From positions 1 through 64,000 of the forward strand of contig JBFMGU010000007.1 in the NCBI GenBank assembly GCA_040752415.1: 64,000 nucleotides of DNA, given 5' to 3'. The notes under the pieces were generated by a model that saw nothing but the letters and a program-made list of their open reading frames with translations, was not told where the DNA came from and searched no databases. The number at the start of each line of letters is the position of its first letter. Positions within the stretch are counted from its first letter, which is position 1. The stretch comes from Myxococcota bacterium (GTDB taxonomy: Bacteria; Myxococcota; JACRCW01). Below are positions 10,501 to 19,494 of this stretch, piece after piece. Both the position numbers and the translations under genes were made by a program.

Positions 10501-13500
10501 GCGGCGTCGGCGCAGGAGCCGTTGATGCACGTGGTCACGCACTGGGAGTTGTCCGTGCAGGCCTGGCCGTTGTTGCGCAGGCAGTTGGTGCCCACGCAGG
10601 TGTTGCCCGCGGCGCAGTCGTTGGAGTCATTGGCGTCGCACGCGCCGTTGGTGGCCGAAGCGCCCGAGCACGCGCCACCCACGCAGGTGTTCGCGCATTG
10701 CGTGTTGTCCGTGCAGGCCTGCCCGTCGACGCGGAGGCAACGGACCCCGGTGCAGGCGTTGCCGGCGGTGCAGTCCTGGGAGTCTCCGTTGTCGCAGATG
10801 CCGCCGGTGTCCGAGGGATCCCCGCAGGTGCCGCCGATGCAGGTGCCCACGCACTGGGTGTTGTCGGTGCACGGCTGACCGCCGGTGAGCGCACAGACCG
10901 TCCCGGCGCAGGTGTTGCCGGTGGCGCAGTCGCCGGAGTCGCCAAAGTCGCAGGTGGCGCCGGTGGTGCTCGGGTCGGAGCAGAGGCCGGTGATGCAGGT
11001 GTTCACGCACTGGGTGTTGGCGGCACAGGTCTCACCGTTGTTGCGCAGACAGACCGTGCCCACGCAGGTGTTCCCGCCCGCGCAGTCCGCGGTGTCGCCG
11101 GAGTCACACGCCGCGCCCGTGGCGGAGGCGTTGGCGCACACGCCGTTGATGCACGCGTTCACGCACTGGCTGTTGGCGGTGCACGCCTGGCCGTTGTTCC
11201 TGAGACAGGTGGTCCCCACGCAGGTGTTGCCCGCGGCGCAGTCGTTGGAGTCATTGGTGTCGCACGCGGCGCTGGTGGCGGAGGCGTTGTTGCACACGTT
11301 GCCAACGCAGGTGTTCACGCACTCGGAGTTCGTCGTGCACGCCTCGCCGTTGTTGCGCCGACACGTGGTGCCCACGCAGGTGTTGCCCGCGGCGCAGTCG
11401 GTGGAGTCGTTGCTGTCGCAGGTGCCGTTGGTGGCGGACGCCCCCGAGCAGCTGCCGCCCACGCAGGTGTTCACGCACTGGCTGTTGGCGGAGCAGGCCT
11501 GTCCGTCGTTGCGCAGGCAGGTGGTCCCCACGCAGGTGTGGCCCGTGGCGCAGTCGGTGGTGTCGCTGGTGTCACAGGTGCCGTTGGTGGCGGAGGCGCC
11601 GGCGCACTGGCCGTTGATGCAGGTGTTCACGCACTCGGTGTTGGCGGTGCAGGCTTGTCCGTCGTTGCGCAGGCAGGTGGTGCCCACGCAGGTGTGGCCC
11701 GCGGCGCAGTCGGTGGTGTCGTCGTTGTCGCAGGCGCCGTTGGTGGCGGAGGCGCCCGAGCAGCTGCCGTTGATGCAGGTGTTCACGCACTCGCTGTTCG
11801 TCGCGCAGGCCTGGCCGTCATTCCGGCGACACGTGGTGCCCACGCAGGTGTGCTCCGCGGCGCAGTCGGTGGTGTCGTTGTTGTCGCAGGTGCCGTTGGT
11901 GTCGGAGGCTCCGGCGCACTGGCCGTTGATGCAGGTGTTCACGCACTCGGTGTTGGCGGAGCAGGCCTGTCCGTCGTTGCGCAGGCAGGTGGTGCCCACG
12001 CAGGTGTGGCCCGCGGCGCAGTCGGTGGTGTCGTCGTTGTCGCACGCGCCGTTGGTGGCGGAGGCGCCGGCGCAGGAGCCGCCCACGCAGGTGTTGATGC
12101 ATTGGCTGTTGGTGGTGCAGGCCTCCCCGTCGTTGCGCAGGCAGGTGGTGCCCACGCAGGTGTTCCCGGTGGCGCAGTCCGCGGTGTCGTTGGCGTCGCA
12201 GCTCTCGTTGGTGGCGGAGGGGTTGGCGCACGCCCCGCCGACGCACGCGTTGATGCACTCGGTGTTGGCGGTGCAGAGCTGGCCGTTGTTGCGCAGGCAG
12301 GTGGTGCCCACGCAGGTGTGGCCCGTGGCGCAGTCGGTGGTGTCGTTGTTGTCGCAGGTCTCTCCGGTGTCCGCGGGAGCGGCGCAGGTGCCGCCGATGC
12401 AGCTGTTGGCGCACTCGCTGTTGGTGGTGCAGAGCTGGCCGTCGGTGCGGAGGCAGCGCCCGTCCACGCAGGTGTTCCCGTCGGTGCAGTCGGCGGAGTC
12501 GGTGGGATCGCAGGTGCCGCCGGTGGTGGACACGTCGGAGCACAGGTTGCCGATGCAGGTGCCGGCGCACTGGGTGTTGGTGGAGCAGGCCTCGCCGCCC
12601 AGGCCCACGCAGGTTCCGTCCAGGCAGGTCTGGCCGGGCACGCAGTCCGCGGACTCACCCGGGTCACACGCCTCCCCGTTTTCCGACGGAGACGCGCACG
12701 TCCCGCCGGTGCAGACCTCCACGCACTCGGAGTTGTTGGCGCAGATCTGGCCGTTGTTGCGCAGGCACACCCCGGAAACGCAGCTGTGGCCCGGCGCGCA
12801 GTCCCCTCCGTCGCCGGGGTCACACGCGCCGCCGGTGAGCGAGATGTCCGCGCAGGCCCCGTTCACGCAGGTGCTGACGCACTGGCCGTTGGTGTTGCAG
12901 AGCTGCCCGTTGTCCAGGCGACACTCCGTCCCCACGCACGAGTTCCCGGTGGCGCAATCCGCGGAGTCATCCGGGTCGCAGGTTCCCCCGGTGACGGCGG
13001 GCGCGGCGCACACGCCGCCAATGCATGCCTGTTCGCACTGCGCGTTCTCCGTGCAACCCTCTCCGCCCACGCGCAGGCAGCGACCGTCGCGGCACACGTG
13101 TCCGGGGGCGCAGTCCGCGGTCTCGCCGGGGTCGCACACCTCACCGGTGGCGCCCGCGGGTGCGCACACCCCACCGACGCAGGTGCTGGCGCACTCGGTG
13201 TTCACCGCGCAGCCCTGGCCGTTTTCCCGACGACACTCCCCTGCCACGCACACGTTCCCCGCTGCGCAGTCCGCCGTGTCGCCGGGGTCGCAGCTGCCGC
13301 CGGTGGCGGAGGTGTCCACGCAGAGGCCGCCCACGCAGGTGACCACGCATTGCGCGTTGGTGGTGCAGGCCTGGCCGCCGGTGAGCAGGCAGGTGGTGCC
13401 GGCGCAGGTGTGGCCGGTGGCGCAGTCGGAGGTGTCCGCGGGGTCGCAGGTGCCGCCCGTGCCGGAGGGATCCGCGCAGCTCCCGCCGACGCAGGCGCGC

Positions 13501-15953
13501 GCGCACTGGGTGTTGTCCGTGCAGACCTGGCCGTTGTCCAACAGGCAGCGTCCCTCCACGCAGACGTGACCGGCCTGGCAGTCCGCGGGGTCGGCGACGT
13601 CGCACGCGCCGCCGGTGGCGGAGTTGTTCACGCACACCCCGGACACGCAGGTGCCGGCGCACTGGGTGTTGTCACCGCAGGCCTGGCCGTTGACCAGCAC
13701 GCAGGTGGTGCCGTCGCAGGTGTGGCCGGTTTCGCAGTCGTCGACGTCGGTGGGGTCGCATGCCTCCCCGGTGCCGGAAACGTTGTTGCAGAACCCGCCC
13801 ACGCACACCGCCACGCACTCGGTGTTGTCCACGCACGCCTCGCCGTTGTCCTGCAGGCAGGTGGTGCCCACGCAGCTGTTGCCCGGGATGCAGTCCGCGA
13901 GATCGCCCGGGTCGCAGGTGCCGCCGGTGGGGGAGGGGTCGGTGCAGACGCCGTTGGTGCAGGTGGACACGCACTGGTCATTGCGGGTGCAGCCCGCGCC
14001 GTTCTCACGCAGACACGCGCCGTCCACGCAGCTGTCACCGCTGCCGCAGTCCCCCGCGTCGTCGCAGGCGCCGCCGGTGGGGGAAGGGTCGGCGCAGAAG
14101 CCGGCAATGCACACCGCTTCCCGGATGGTGCAGTCCGCGTTGGTGGCGCACGGGAAGCGGGGCTGACAGATGCCGCCCAGGCAGGAGCCGTCGGTGCAGT
14201 CGGCGGTGTCGTCGCACAGCTCTCCGTTCTGCGCGCGGTCCAGGCAGACTCCGCCAATGCAGCTGTTCACGCACTCCGCGTTGAAGGTGCATCCCTGGCC
14301 GTTGTTGCCCAGGCAGGTGTTGCCCGAGCACACCGCGCCAGCGGCGCAGTCCGCGGATTCCGAGAGATCACAGCTCCCGCCGAACGGAGCAGGCTCCGCG
14401 CACGCTCCGTTGATGCACGTGCCCTGGCATTGCGTGTTGGAAACGCACGCCTGGCCGTCCGCGCGCAGACACCGGTTGCCCGTGCAGAGGTGGCCCGGGG
14501 CGCAGTCGGCGTCGTCGCCGGGGTCGCAGGAGCCCGCGGTGGGGGAGGGATCCGCGCACGCGCCGCCAATGCAGCTCCCCGCGCACTCCTCGTTGGCGGT
14601 GCACGCCGCGCCGCTGGTCTCACAGAATCCCGCGCTGCTGCAGGTGGTGCCGGGGACGCAGTCGCCGCTGTCGCCGCTGTCGCAGGGACCGCCCCAGGGA
14701 GCCGTGAACTGGCAGACGCCGCCAATGCAGGTGTGGAGGCACTGCGTGTTGTCGGTGCAGGCCACGCCGTCGGACTGCAGGCAGCGCGTTCCGTCGCAGA
14801 GGTGGCCGGCGGCGCAGTCCAGTGAATCATTGAAGTCACACGCGGCGCCCGCCGTGCCGCGGTCCACGCAGGTGCCCGCCACACACGCGCCGGTGCACTG
14901 GTTGTTCTCACTGCAGCCCTGCCCGTTCTGGCGCAGACACCGGCCGCGCACGCACGTGGTGCCCAGGCCGCAATCGAAGTTGTCGTCGGCGTCACAGCTC
15001 TCCGCCACGTCGGCCAGGCGGCTGCACACGCTCTCGATGCACGTCCCCTGGCAGTCGCCGTTGCCACCGCAGGTCTGGCCGTGGTTGCGCAGGCAGAGCA
15101 CGCCGCCCAGGCACACCCCGTTGGTGCACGCCTCCACGCAGCACACGCCGCCCGAGCAGAAGCCGCTGCCACATTCCTCCGCCGTGCCGCACGACTCACC
15201 GGGGTTCAGCCGGCACGCACCATCCACGCAGGTGGCGCCGGGAACACACTTGCTGGAGTCCTCGCACGCGCCACACACCCCGTCGGTGCAGACCTGGCCG
15301 GTGGGGCACTGGCCGGTGTTGATGCAGCTGCCGCACACGCCCGCGGAGCAGACCTGGCCGGGGGAGCACTGCGCGGTCAGCGTGCAGGGGCCGCACCCCC
15401 CGTCGACGCAGGCCTGGCCGGCCTCACACTGCGCGCTGGTGGAGCAGGGGCCGCACGCGCCGTTGATGCACGCCTGGTTTCCCGGGCACTCCGACGAGGA
15501 GGTGCAGGTGGTGCACATCCCGTTGCGGCAGGTTCCGCTGGCGCACTGGTCATTCCGCGTGCACCCGCCGCACGCGCCGGACACGCACGCCTGGCCCTCC
15601 GTGCACTGGGAGGAGTCGGTGCAGGGGACGCAGGCGCCGTCCTGGCAGATCTTCCCGTCGGAGCAGCTGCGGTTGTCCTCACACGGGAGGCAGCGCCCCG
15701 CGGCGCACACGTTGCCACCCACGCACTGCGCGCTGGAGGTGCAGGCGCCACAGGTGCCGCCCAGGCAGATCTGGCCGCCGCCGCATTCCAGGGTGTGGGT
15801 GCAGGCCTTCTGGCATTCCTCACCGGTGCAGGTGTTCTCCTCGGGAGGTTGTTCCTCCACCACCTGCGAGGAGCACGCTCCCAGCAGGACCGCGGCAGAC
15901 AGACAGGCACTCAGGATCCCCGGCAGGTGGGGAACGGTGAACTCGCGACGCAT
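7563..15953 (-). CDS. Giant (2796 aa) Cys/Asn-rich tandem-repeat surface lipoprotein with a small globular, possibly C-type-lectin-like, C-terminal domain
   Basis: Lipobox VLLGAC; N-terminal ~22-aa repeats, then roughly 45 copies of a 52-aa unit (CLRNNGQACTANNQCVNTCIGNVCSNASATNAACDNNDSNDCQANNTCVGTT); non-repetitive last ~115 aa. Confidence 0.9.
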   Translation of the reverse strand: MRREFTVPHLPGILSACLSAAVLLGACSSQVVEEQPPEENTCTGEECQKACTHTLECGGGQICLGGTCGACTSSAQCVGGNVCAAGRCLPCEDNRSCSDGKICQDGACVPCTDSSQCTEGQACVSGACGGCTRNDQCASGTCRNGMCTTCTSSSECPGNQACINGACGPCSTSAQCEAGQACVDGGCGPCTLTAQCSPGQVCSAGVCGSCINTGQCPTGQVCTDGVCGACEDSSKCVPGATCVDGACRLNPGESCGTAEECGSGFCSGGVCCVEACTNGVCLGGVLCLRNHGQTCGGNGDCQGTCIESVCSRLADVAESCDADDNFDCGLGTTCVRGRCLRQNGQGCSENNQCTGACVAGTCVDRGTAGAACDFNDSLDCAAGHLCDGTRCLQSDGVACTDNTQCLHTCIGGVCQFTAPWGGPCDSGDSGDCVPGTTCSSAGFCETSGAACTANEECAGSCIGGACADPSPTAGSCDPGDDADCAPGHLCTGNRCLRADGQACVSNTQCQGTCINGACAEPAPFGGSCDLSESADCAAGAVCSGNTCLGNNGQGCTFNAECVNSCIGGVCLDRAQNGELCDDTADCTDGSCLGGICQPRFPCATNADCTIREAVCIAGFCADPSPTGGACDDAGDCGSGDSCVDGACLRENGAGCTRNDQCVSTCTNGVCTDPSPTGGTCDPGDLADCIPGNSCVGTTCLQDNGEACVDNTECVAVCVGGFCNNVSGTGEACDPTDVDDCETGHTCDGTTCVLVNGQACGDNTQCAGTCVSGVCVNNSATGGACDVADPADCQAGHVCVEGRCLLDNGQVCTDNTQCARACVGGSCADPSGTGGTCDPADTSDCATGHTCAGTTCLLTGGQACTTNAQCVVTCVGGLCVDTSATGGSCDPGDTADCAAGNVCVAGECRRENGQGCAVNTECASTCVGGVCAPAGATGEVCDPGETADCAPGHVCRDGRCLRVGGEGCTENAQCEQACIGGVCAAPAVTGGTCDPDDSADCATGNSCVGTECRLDNGQLCNTNGQCVSTCVNGACADISLTGGACDPGDGGDCAPGHSCVSGVCLRNNGQICANNSECVEVCTGGTCASPSENGEACDPGESADCVPGQTCLDGTCVGLGGEACSTNTQCAGTCIGNLCSDVSTTGGTCDPTDSADCTDGNTCVDGRCLRTDGQLCTTNSECANSCIGGTCAAPADTGETCDNNDTTDCATGHTCVGTTCLRNNGQLCTANTECINACVGGACANPSATNESCDANDTADCATGNTCVGTTCLRNDGEACTTNSQCINTCVGGSCAGASATNGACDNDDTTDCAAGHTCVGTTCLRNDGQACSANTECVNTCINGQCAGASDTNGTCDNNDTTDCAAEHTCVGTTCRRNDGQACATNSECVNTCINGSCSGASATNGACDNDDTTDCAAGHTCVGTTCLRNDGQACTANTECVNTCINGQCAGASATNGTCDTSDTTDCATGHTCVGTTCLRNDGQACSANSQCVNTCVGGSCSGASATNGTCDSNDSTDCAAGNTCVGTTCRRNNGEACTTNSECVNTCVGNVCNNASATSAACDTNDSNDCAAGNTCVGTTCLRNNGQACTANSQCVNACINGVCANASATGAACDSGDTADCAGGNTCVGTVCLRNNGETCAANTQCVNTCITGLCSDPSTTGATCDFGDSGDCATGNTCAGTVCALTGGQPCTDNTQCVGTCIGGTCGDPSDTGGICDNGDSQDCTAGNACTGVRCLRVDGQACTDNTQCANTCVGGACSGASATNGACDANDSNDCAAGNTCVGTNCLRNNGQACTDNSQCVTTCINGSCADAAATNGTCDANDSTDCAAGNTCVGTTCLRNDGQACAANSQCVHTCVGNVCAGASATNGVCDSNDSTDCAAGNTCVGTTCRRNNGEACTTNSECVNTCLGNVCNNASATNAACDNNDSNDCQANNTCVGTTCLRNNGQACTANNQCVNTCIGNVCSNASATNNACDANDSTDCAAGNTCVGTTCLRNNGQACTANNQCVNTCIGNVCNNASATNAACDNNDSNDCQANNTCVGTTCLRNNGQACTANNQCVNTCIGNACSNASATNNACDSNDSTDCAAGNTCVGTTCLRNNGQACTANNQCVHTCIGNVCNNASATNAACDSNDSNDCQANNTCIGTTCLRNNGQACTANNQCVNTCIGNVCSNASATNTTCDANDSTDCAAGNTCVGTTCLRNNGQACTANNQCVNTCIGNVCSNASATNNTCDSNDSNDCQANNTCVGTTCLRNNGQACTANNQCVSTCIGNVCSNASATNNTCDNNDSNDCQANNTCVGTACLRNNGQACTANNQCVNTCIGNACNNASATNAACDNNDSNDCQANNTCVGTTCLRNNGQACTANNQCVNTCVGNVCSNASATGATCDANDSTDCATGNTCVGTTCLRNNGQACTANTQCVNTCIGNVCSNASATNAACDSNDSVDCQANNTCVGTTCLRNNGQACTANNQCVNTCIGNVCSNASATNNACDSNDSNDCQANNTCVGTTCLRNNGQACTTNNQCVNTCIGGACNTASATNGACDTNDSVDCQANNTCVGNACLRNNGQACTANTQCVNTCISLTCSTVSATLGTCDTNDSVDCAAGNTCVSTTCKRNNGQNCSANNQCVNTCIGGSCTTQSATGGACDSGDNADCTNPLQCNGTTCRAPPIYLGSLGATASPWPYGGGGAQGAGAVCSSTYGASHFCTYAELQTAAAQGDFQGLSKAFWTTADATACGQSNCDCINWSYNTGHLAAGFRVTVNGSSVSAKATTSCPSTVLEIPCCRN
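7960..12400. repeat. Coding tandem repeat with a 156-bp unit (most homogeneous part of the array)
   Basis: Near-identical recurring text such as gcaggcctggccgttgtt...cgcaggtgttgttggcctggcagtc at 156-bp spacing. Confidence 0.9.
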
Positions 15954-16114
15954 GGAATCTCCTCCACAGGAGTGCGCCGACTCTGACAGCGACGAAATAC
16001 ACCGTCAATCAAGAAGACAAGTTCAGCCGTGCTCGACGCTGCGTGGCGCGGTTATCCCACTATGTGCGCTGCCCGTGATGGACTCCGGTGGCGGTTCATA
16101 TGGCGGTGACCAGG

Positions 16115-16279
16115 GAAGTGATGGCCCCTGGCCGCGGAATCGCAGACAAGAATGGTTGCGCCACGGGGAATTGAGCCGTCGCTGTCGAGACTTCCTCGAG
16201 GCATTGGTTGTCGAAGCGGGTACTGGTCCGTGGCGCAGCCATTCTTGTCTCCGATTCCGCGGCCGAGGGCCATCACTTC
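16115..16279. repeat. Long intergenic inverted repeat (~52-bp arms, ~61-nt spacer), family C
   Basis: 16115-16166 GAAGTGATGGCCCCTGGCCGCGGAATCGCAGACAAGAATGGTTGCGCCACGG pairs with 16228-16279, with a few mismatches. Confidence 0.9.
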
Positions 16280-16479
16280 GCGGGTGCCAGGTTCACCCGC
16301 CGGTGCGGTCAACCTCAGCGGGAACCTGGCGGTACCACGCATGTCAGGGCGTGCCGTACTTGCTGCCACCGCATGAGCTCCACGTGGACGCCCGCACCGG
16401 AGTTGGACGGCGCGCCGGCGGCTCCCCTAAAAAGCGCGGGAAGCGGTGGCGAAATCCGCGGAGCGGGAGCAGTGAACGC

Positions 16480-17637
16480 GTGACCTATCCCTTGGAGCGC
16501 AAGGAGCCGCGGTTCAACTCGTCGTCGAGCGTCCTGGTCCAGCTCGACGGGCGCGCGGAGTTGGAGGAGCTGTGGACCGCCAACATCTCCCGCGGCGGGC
16601 TGTTCGTGGTGACCAGGGATCCGCCGCCGCGCGGGACGCGGGTGAAGGTCCTCCTGGAGACGCCGGTGGGCAGCCTGGAGCTGCTGGCGGAGGTGGCGCA
16701 CACCGTGAGCGCGGACGCGGCCGCACAGGCCTGGCAGGCGCCGGGCGCGGGGCTCCGGTTTCTCGAGGTCACCGCGGAACAACGGCTGACCATCGAGCGC
16801 TACCTGGAAGACCTTCCGTCGTTGCAGGGGGGCGGCGTGCGGGCCGGTGTCGACCTGCAACACGTGCTGGAGGAGGCCAGGACGGTGATGAAGGGGGTGG
16901 ACGCGGGAGACCTGTACGCGGCGCTGCAGCTTGCCCCCAACGCGGACAAGGAACAGGTTCGCGCGCGCATGCGGGACCTGGTTGCGCTCTTCACCACGCC
17001 ACCTCCGCAGGCCTCCCCCGCCCAGGCCACGCGCATCCAGACGGCCTTGCGCGGGCTGCAGCGACTCCTGCTCACCCTCACCGCCACCATCTCCCGCATC
17101 GAGGCCCAGGCGGCGAGGACGTCGGGCGCCACATTCGCCTTGCGCGGGACCGAGTACGGCGGAGTCCGACGGCCCATTCCCGCGACGGGAGAGGCGCCGC
17201 GCGGAACGCTCGCGGAGGCGCGGATGCACGCGGAGCGCGCGCGGCTGCTGCTCGAGAAGATGAGCTTCGCGGAGGCGGAACAGGAGTTCGAGCAGGCGTG
17301 TGCCAAGGACTCCGTCGTCGTGGACTACCAGGTGGGCCTGGCGTGGGCCATTGCGCAGAACCCCGCGCGACCTGCGAAAGCCAGGCTGGAGCGCGCGCTG
17401 GAGATGTTGCGGGGCGTCACCGCGCGGGAGCGCAATGCGGAGGCGCTCTACACCACCGGCATGGTGCTGGACCTCATGGGCCGGGACGACGAGGCCGTGG
17501 CGACGATGAAGCAGGTGCTCAGCGTGGACAAGGACCACCTGCCGGCCCAGCGGATGGTGCGCCTGCTGGAGATGCGTCGGAATGAAGGGAATGGGTCAGG
17601 GCTGCTGGGGCTGTTCAGCAAGCTTACCCGCCGTTAG
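16480..17637 (+). CDS. PilZ domain + degenerate J-like segment + TPR protein
   Basis: GTG at 16480 after GGGAG; PilZ motifs RKEPR and NISRGGLF; DLYAALQLAPNADKEQVR without HPD; TPR-like C-terminus. The 5' part of the 14170 ORF is a shadow of the giant minus-strand gene. Confidence 0.8.
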   Translation: MTYPLERKEPRFNSSSSVLVQLDGRAELEELWTANISRGGLFVVTRDPPPRGTRVKVLLETPVGSLELLAEVAHTVSADAAAQAWQAPGAGLRFLEVTAEQRLTIERYLEDLPSLQGGGVRAGVDLQHVLEEARTVMKGVDAGDLYAALQLAPNADKEQVRARMRDLVALFTTPPPQASPAQATRIQTALRGLQRLLLTLTATISRIEAQAARTSGATFALRGTEYGGVRRPIPATGEAPRGTLAEARMHAERARLLLEKMSFAEAEQEFEQACAKDSVVVDYQVGLAWAIAQNPARPAKARLERALEMLRGVTARERNAEALYTTGMVLDLMGRDDEAVATMKQVLSVDKDHLPAQRMVRLLEMRRNEGNGSGLLGLFSKLTRR

Positions 17638-17703
17638 GTCAGGGGCAGCGACAGATTGTTACAGCTCTGACGCAGCCACGTGGCGGCTGGGTCACGCGAG
17701 GGC

Positions 17704-18366
17704 CTACTTACGCTTCACGTGGTAGCGGAGGTGCGTGACCAGCGGAGAGTTGATGGCCTCCGCCAGCTCCAGGCCGACCTTCCCGCGGTCCACGCCGTCG
17801 AACAGCCGGATGCCTTCGCCAAAGAGCACCGGTGCGAGTGAAATGGTGAACTCGTCGACGAGCCCGGCGTTGAGGTACTGCTGGATCACGTTGGCGCCGC
17901 CGGCAATCCGGATGTCCCGGCCGCCGGCCACCTCGCGGGCGCGACGCAACGCGTGCTCGATGCCGTCGTTGACGAAGTGGAACGTGGTGCCGCCCGGACG
18001 CTCCCAGGGGCTGCGGACCTGCTTGGTCAGGACGAACACCGGCGTGTGGAACGGCGCCTCCTCCGGCCAGAAGCGCTCCCCGCCCTCGAACATCCGCTTG
18101 CCCATGATGCTCACACCGGTGCGGTTGAAGGTCTCCTCGACGACCTGGTTGTCCCGCCCGGTCTCTCCGCCCTCACCCAGCTTGAGCATCTGACGGAAGA
18201 ACTTCTGCTGGAACACCCACTTCTGCATCTCACCCCATTGCGCCGCCCAGTCCTTGTAGGTGGGGTCATCCGCGTGGGCCATGTCCATCCCGGCTGGCGC
18301 AATGAATCCGTCCAGGGACATCCCCACGCTGAAGAACACCTTGCCCGCAGGCTTCTTGCTCACCAT
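17704..18366 (-). CDS. Dihydrofolate reductase/RibD C-terminal family protein
   Basis: MSLDGFIA, IMGKRMFE, IAGGANVIQQYLNAGLVDE, PVLFGEGIRLF. Confidence 0.9.
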   Translation of the reverse strand: MVSKKPAGKVFFSVGMSLDGFIAPAGMDMAHADDPTYKDWAAQWGEMQKWVFQQKFFRQMLKLGEGGETGRDNQVVEETFNRTGVSIMGKRMFEGGERFWPEEAPFHTPVFVLTKQVRSPWERPGGTTFHFVNDGIEHALRRAREVAGGRDIRIAGGANVIQQYLNAGLVDEFTISLAPVLFGEGIRLFDGVDRGKVGLELAEAINSPLVTHLRYHVKRK

Positions 18367-18383
18367 TGCTCGCTCCGTGTTGG

Positions 18384-18525
18384 TTAAGTGTCCGCTTGAG
18401 TATCGCGGCCGGTCCGTTATTGTCAAGTGGATACTTAAGTGTCGTGATCGAGCCTGTCCGAGCGCCTGGTCGCACGCCGGTTGACGGTGTGCGCACCAGG
18501 TTGGTAAACTTAAGTGGATGCTTAA
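18384..18525. promoter_or_regulatory. Divergent promoters with three T(T/C)AAG-N6-CTT(A/G)A palindromic operators (18384-18399, 18423-18438, 18510-18525)
   Basis: TTAAGtgtccgCTTGA, TCAAGtggataCTTAA, TTAAGtggatgCTTAA. Plus-strand TTGACG(18481)-18 nt-TAAACT(18505). Minus-strand TTGACA at 18426-18421. Confidence 0.75.
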
Positions 18526-18889
18526 CCCACAGCGTGTCGACGCGGTCTTTCACGCCCTGGGGGACCCCACGCGGCGGGCCATGCTGGCTCGGCTGAGCCG
18601 CGGTCCCATTTCCGTGACGGAGCTGGCCGAGCCGTTCCCCATGTCCCTGGCGGCGGTGGTGCAGCACCTGCAGGTTCTCGAGGAGAGCGGGGTGGTCCGC
18701 ACGGAGAAGGTGGGGCGGGTCCGGACGTGCAGCATTGCTCCGGAGGGGCTGCGCCTGGCGGAACAATGGCTCAATGAGCGCCGGACGCTGTGGGAGCGCC
18801 GCCTGGATCGCCTGGGGGCCCTGCTCGCCGAGGAAGAGGACGAGGAGGACGAGCCCACACCATCCCGCAAGAGGAAGAAGAGCCGATGA
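18518..18889 (+). CDS. ArsR/SmtB family transcriptional regulator
   Basis: VFHALGDPTRRAML...SVTELAEPF.MSLAAVVQHLQVLEESGVV...KVGRVR. Confidence 0.92.
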   Translation: MLNPQRVDAVFHALGDPTRRAMLARLSRGPISVTELAEPFPMSLAAVVQHLQVLEESGVVRTEKVGRVRTCSIAPEGLRLAEQWLNERRTLWERRLDRLGALLAEEEDEEDEPTPSRKRKKSR

Positions 18890-19350
18890 GCACTCCATCC
18901 ATCGTCCACGCCACCTTCTCCGTGGAGCGCACCTATCCCGCCCGCGCGGCCCGCGTGTTTGCCGCGTTCTCAGACGCTGCCAAGAAGCGCCGCTGGTTCG
19001 CGGAAGGGGAGGGCTTCCACGTTGACGAGTACACCAACGACTTCCGCGTCGGCGGCCACGAGTTCAGCCGCTTCCGTTTCAAGGACGGGCCGTCGGTCAC
19101 CAATGACACCGTCTACCTGGACATCATCGACGAGAAACGAATTGTCTTCTCATACGTGATGGACGTGGCGGGCAAGCGCATCTCCGCGTCACTGGCCAGC
19201 GTGGAGCTGTTCCCCTCCGGCAAGGGGACGCGCCTCGTCTTCACCGAGCAGGGCCAGTACTTTGACGGCGCCGACCAGCCGCGTCAGCGGGAGCTGGGCA
19301 GCAAGGAGCTGCTGGAGCACCTGGCCAAGGAGCTTGATCAGCACCAGTGA
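18886..19350 (+). CDS. SRPBCC (AHSA1/START-like) family protein
   Basis: HATFSVERTYPA...VFAAFSD...RWF...DFRVGG...RIVFSY; ATGA overlap with the ArsR stop. Confidence 0.9.
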   Translation: MSTPSIVHATFSVERTYPARAARVFAAFSDAAKKRRWFAEGEGFHVDEYTNDFRVGGHEFSRFRFKDGPSVTNDTVYLDIIDEKRIVFSYVMDVAGKRISASLASVELFPSGKGTRLVFTEQGQYFDGADQPRQRELGSKELLEHLAKELDQHQ

Positions 19351-19494
19351 ACGCCCGGCTAGCGAGCAGGTCCTGCGGTTCGGCGTGTGGAACGGAAGGC
19401 GCTTTCTCGTCGAGGAGCTCGATGGCGCCCTGGAGGTGGGCTACGGCGCGAAGGTCGCGAGTCCGTCGGTCCCGCGTTGAACCCGTGACGGAGA

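Noticed and set aside
7563..12400. Diversity-generating retroelement (AAC-rich repeats, CLec-like tip)
   Set aside because: No reverse transcriptase and no template/variable repeat pair differing at adenines; the AAC richness reflects Asn codons.
8050..16000. Very long plus-strand ORFs (8358-14825, 10885-13569, 5' part of 14170-17637)
   Set aside because: Antisense shadow frames of the GC-rich repetitive minus-strand gene, with low-complexity V/A/G/Q/H translations.
16142..16178. Minus strand reads ...GGCTCAATTCCCCGTGGCGCAACCA, like a tRNA 3' end or att site
   Set aside because: No canonical TTC T-loop and no cloverleaf upstream; explained as the arm of the family C palindrome.
19350..19480. 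Protein-like text (RRFLVEELDGALEVGYG) after the SRPBCC gene
   Set aside because: No credible start and no recognisable family; at most a remnant.
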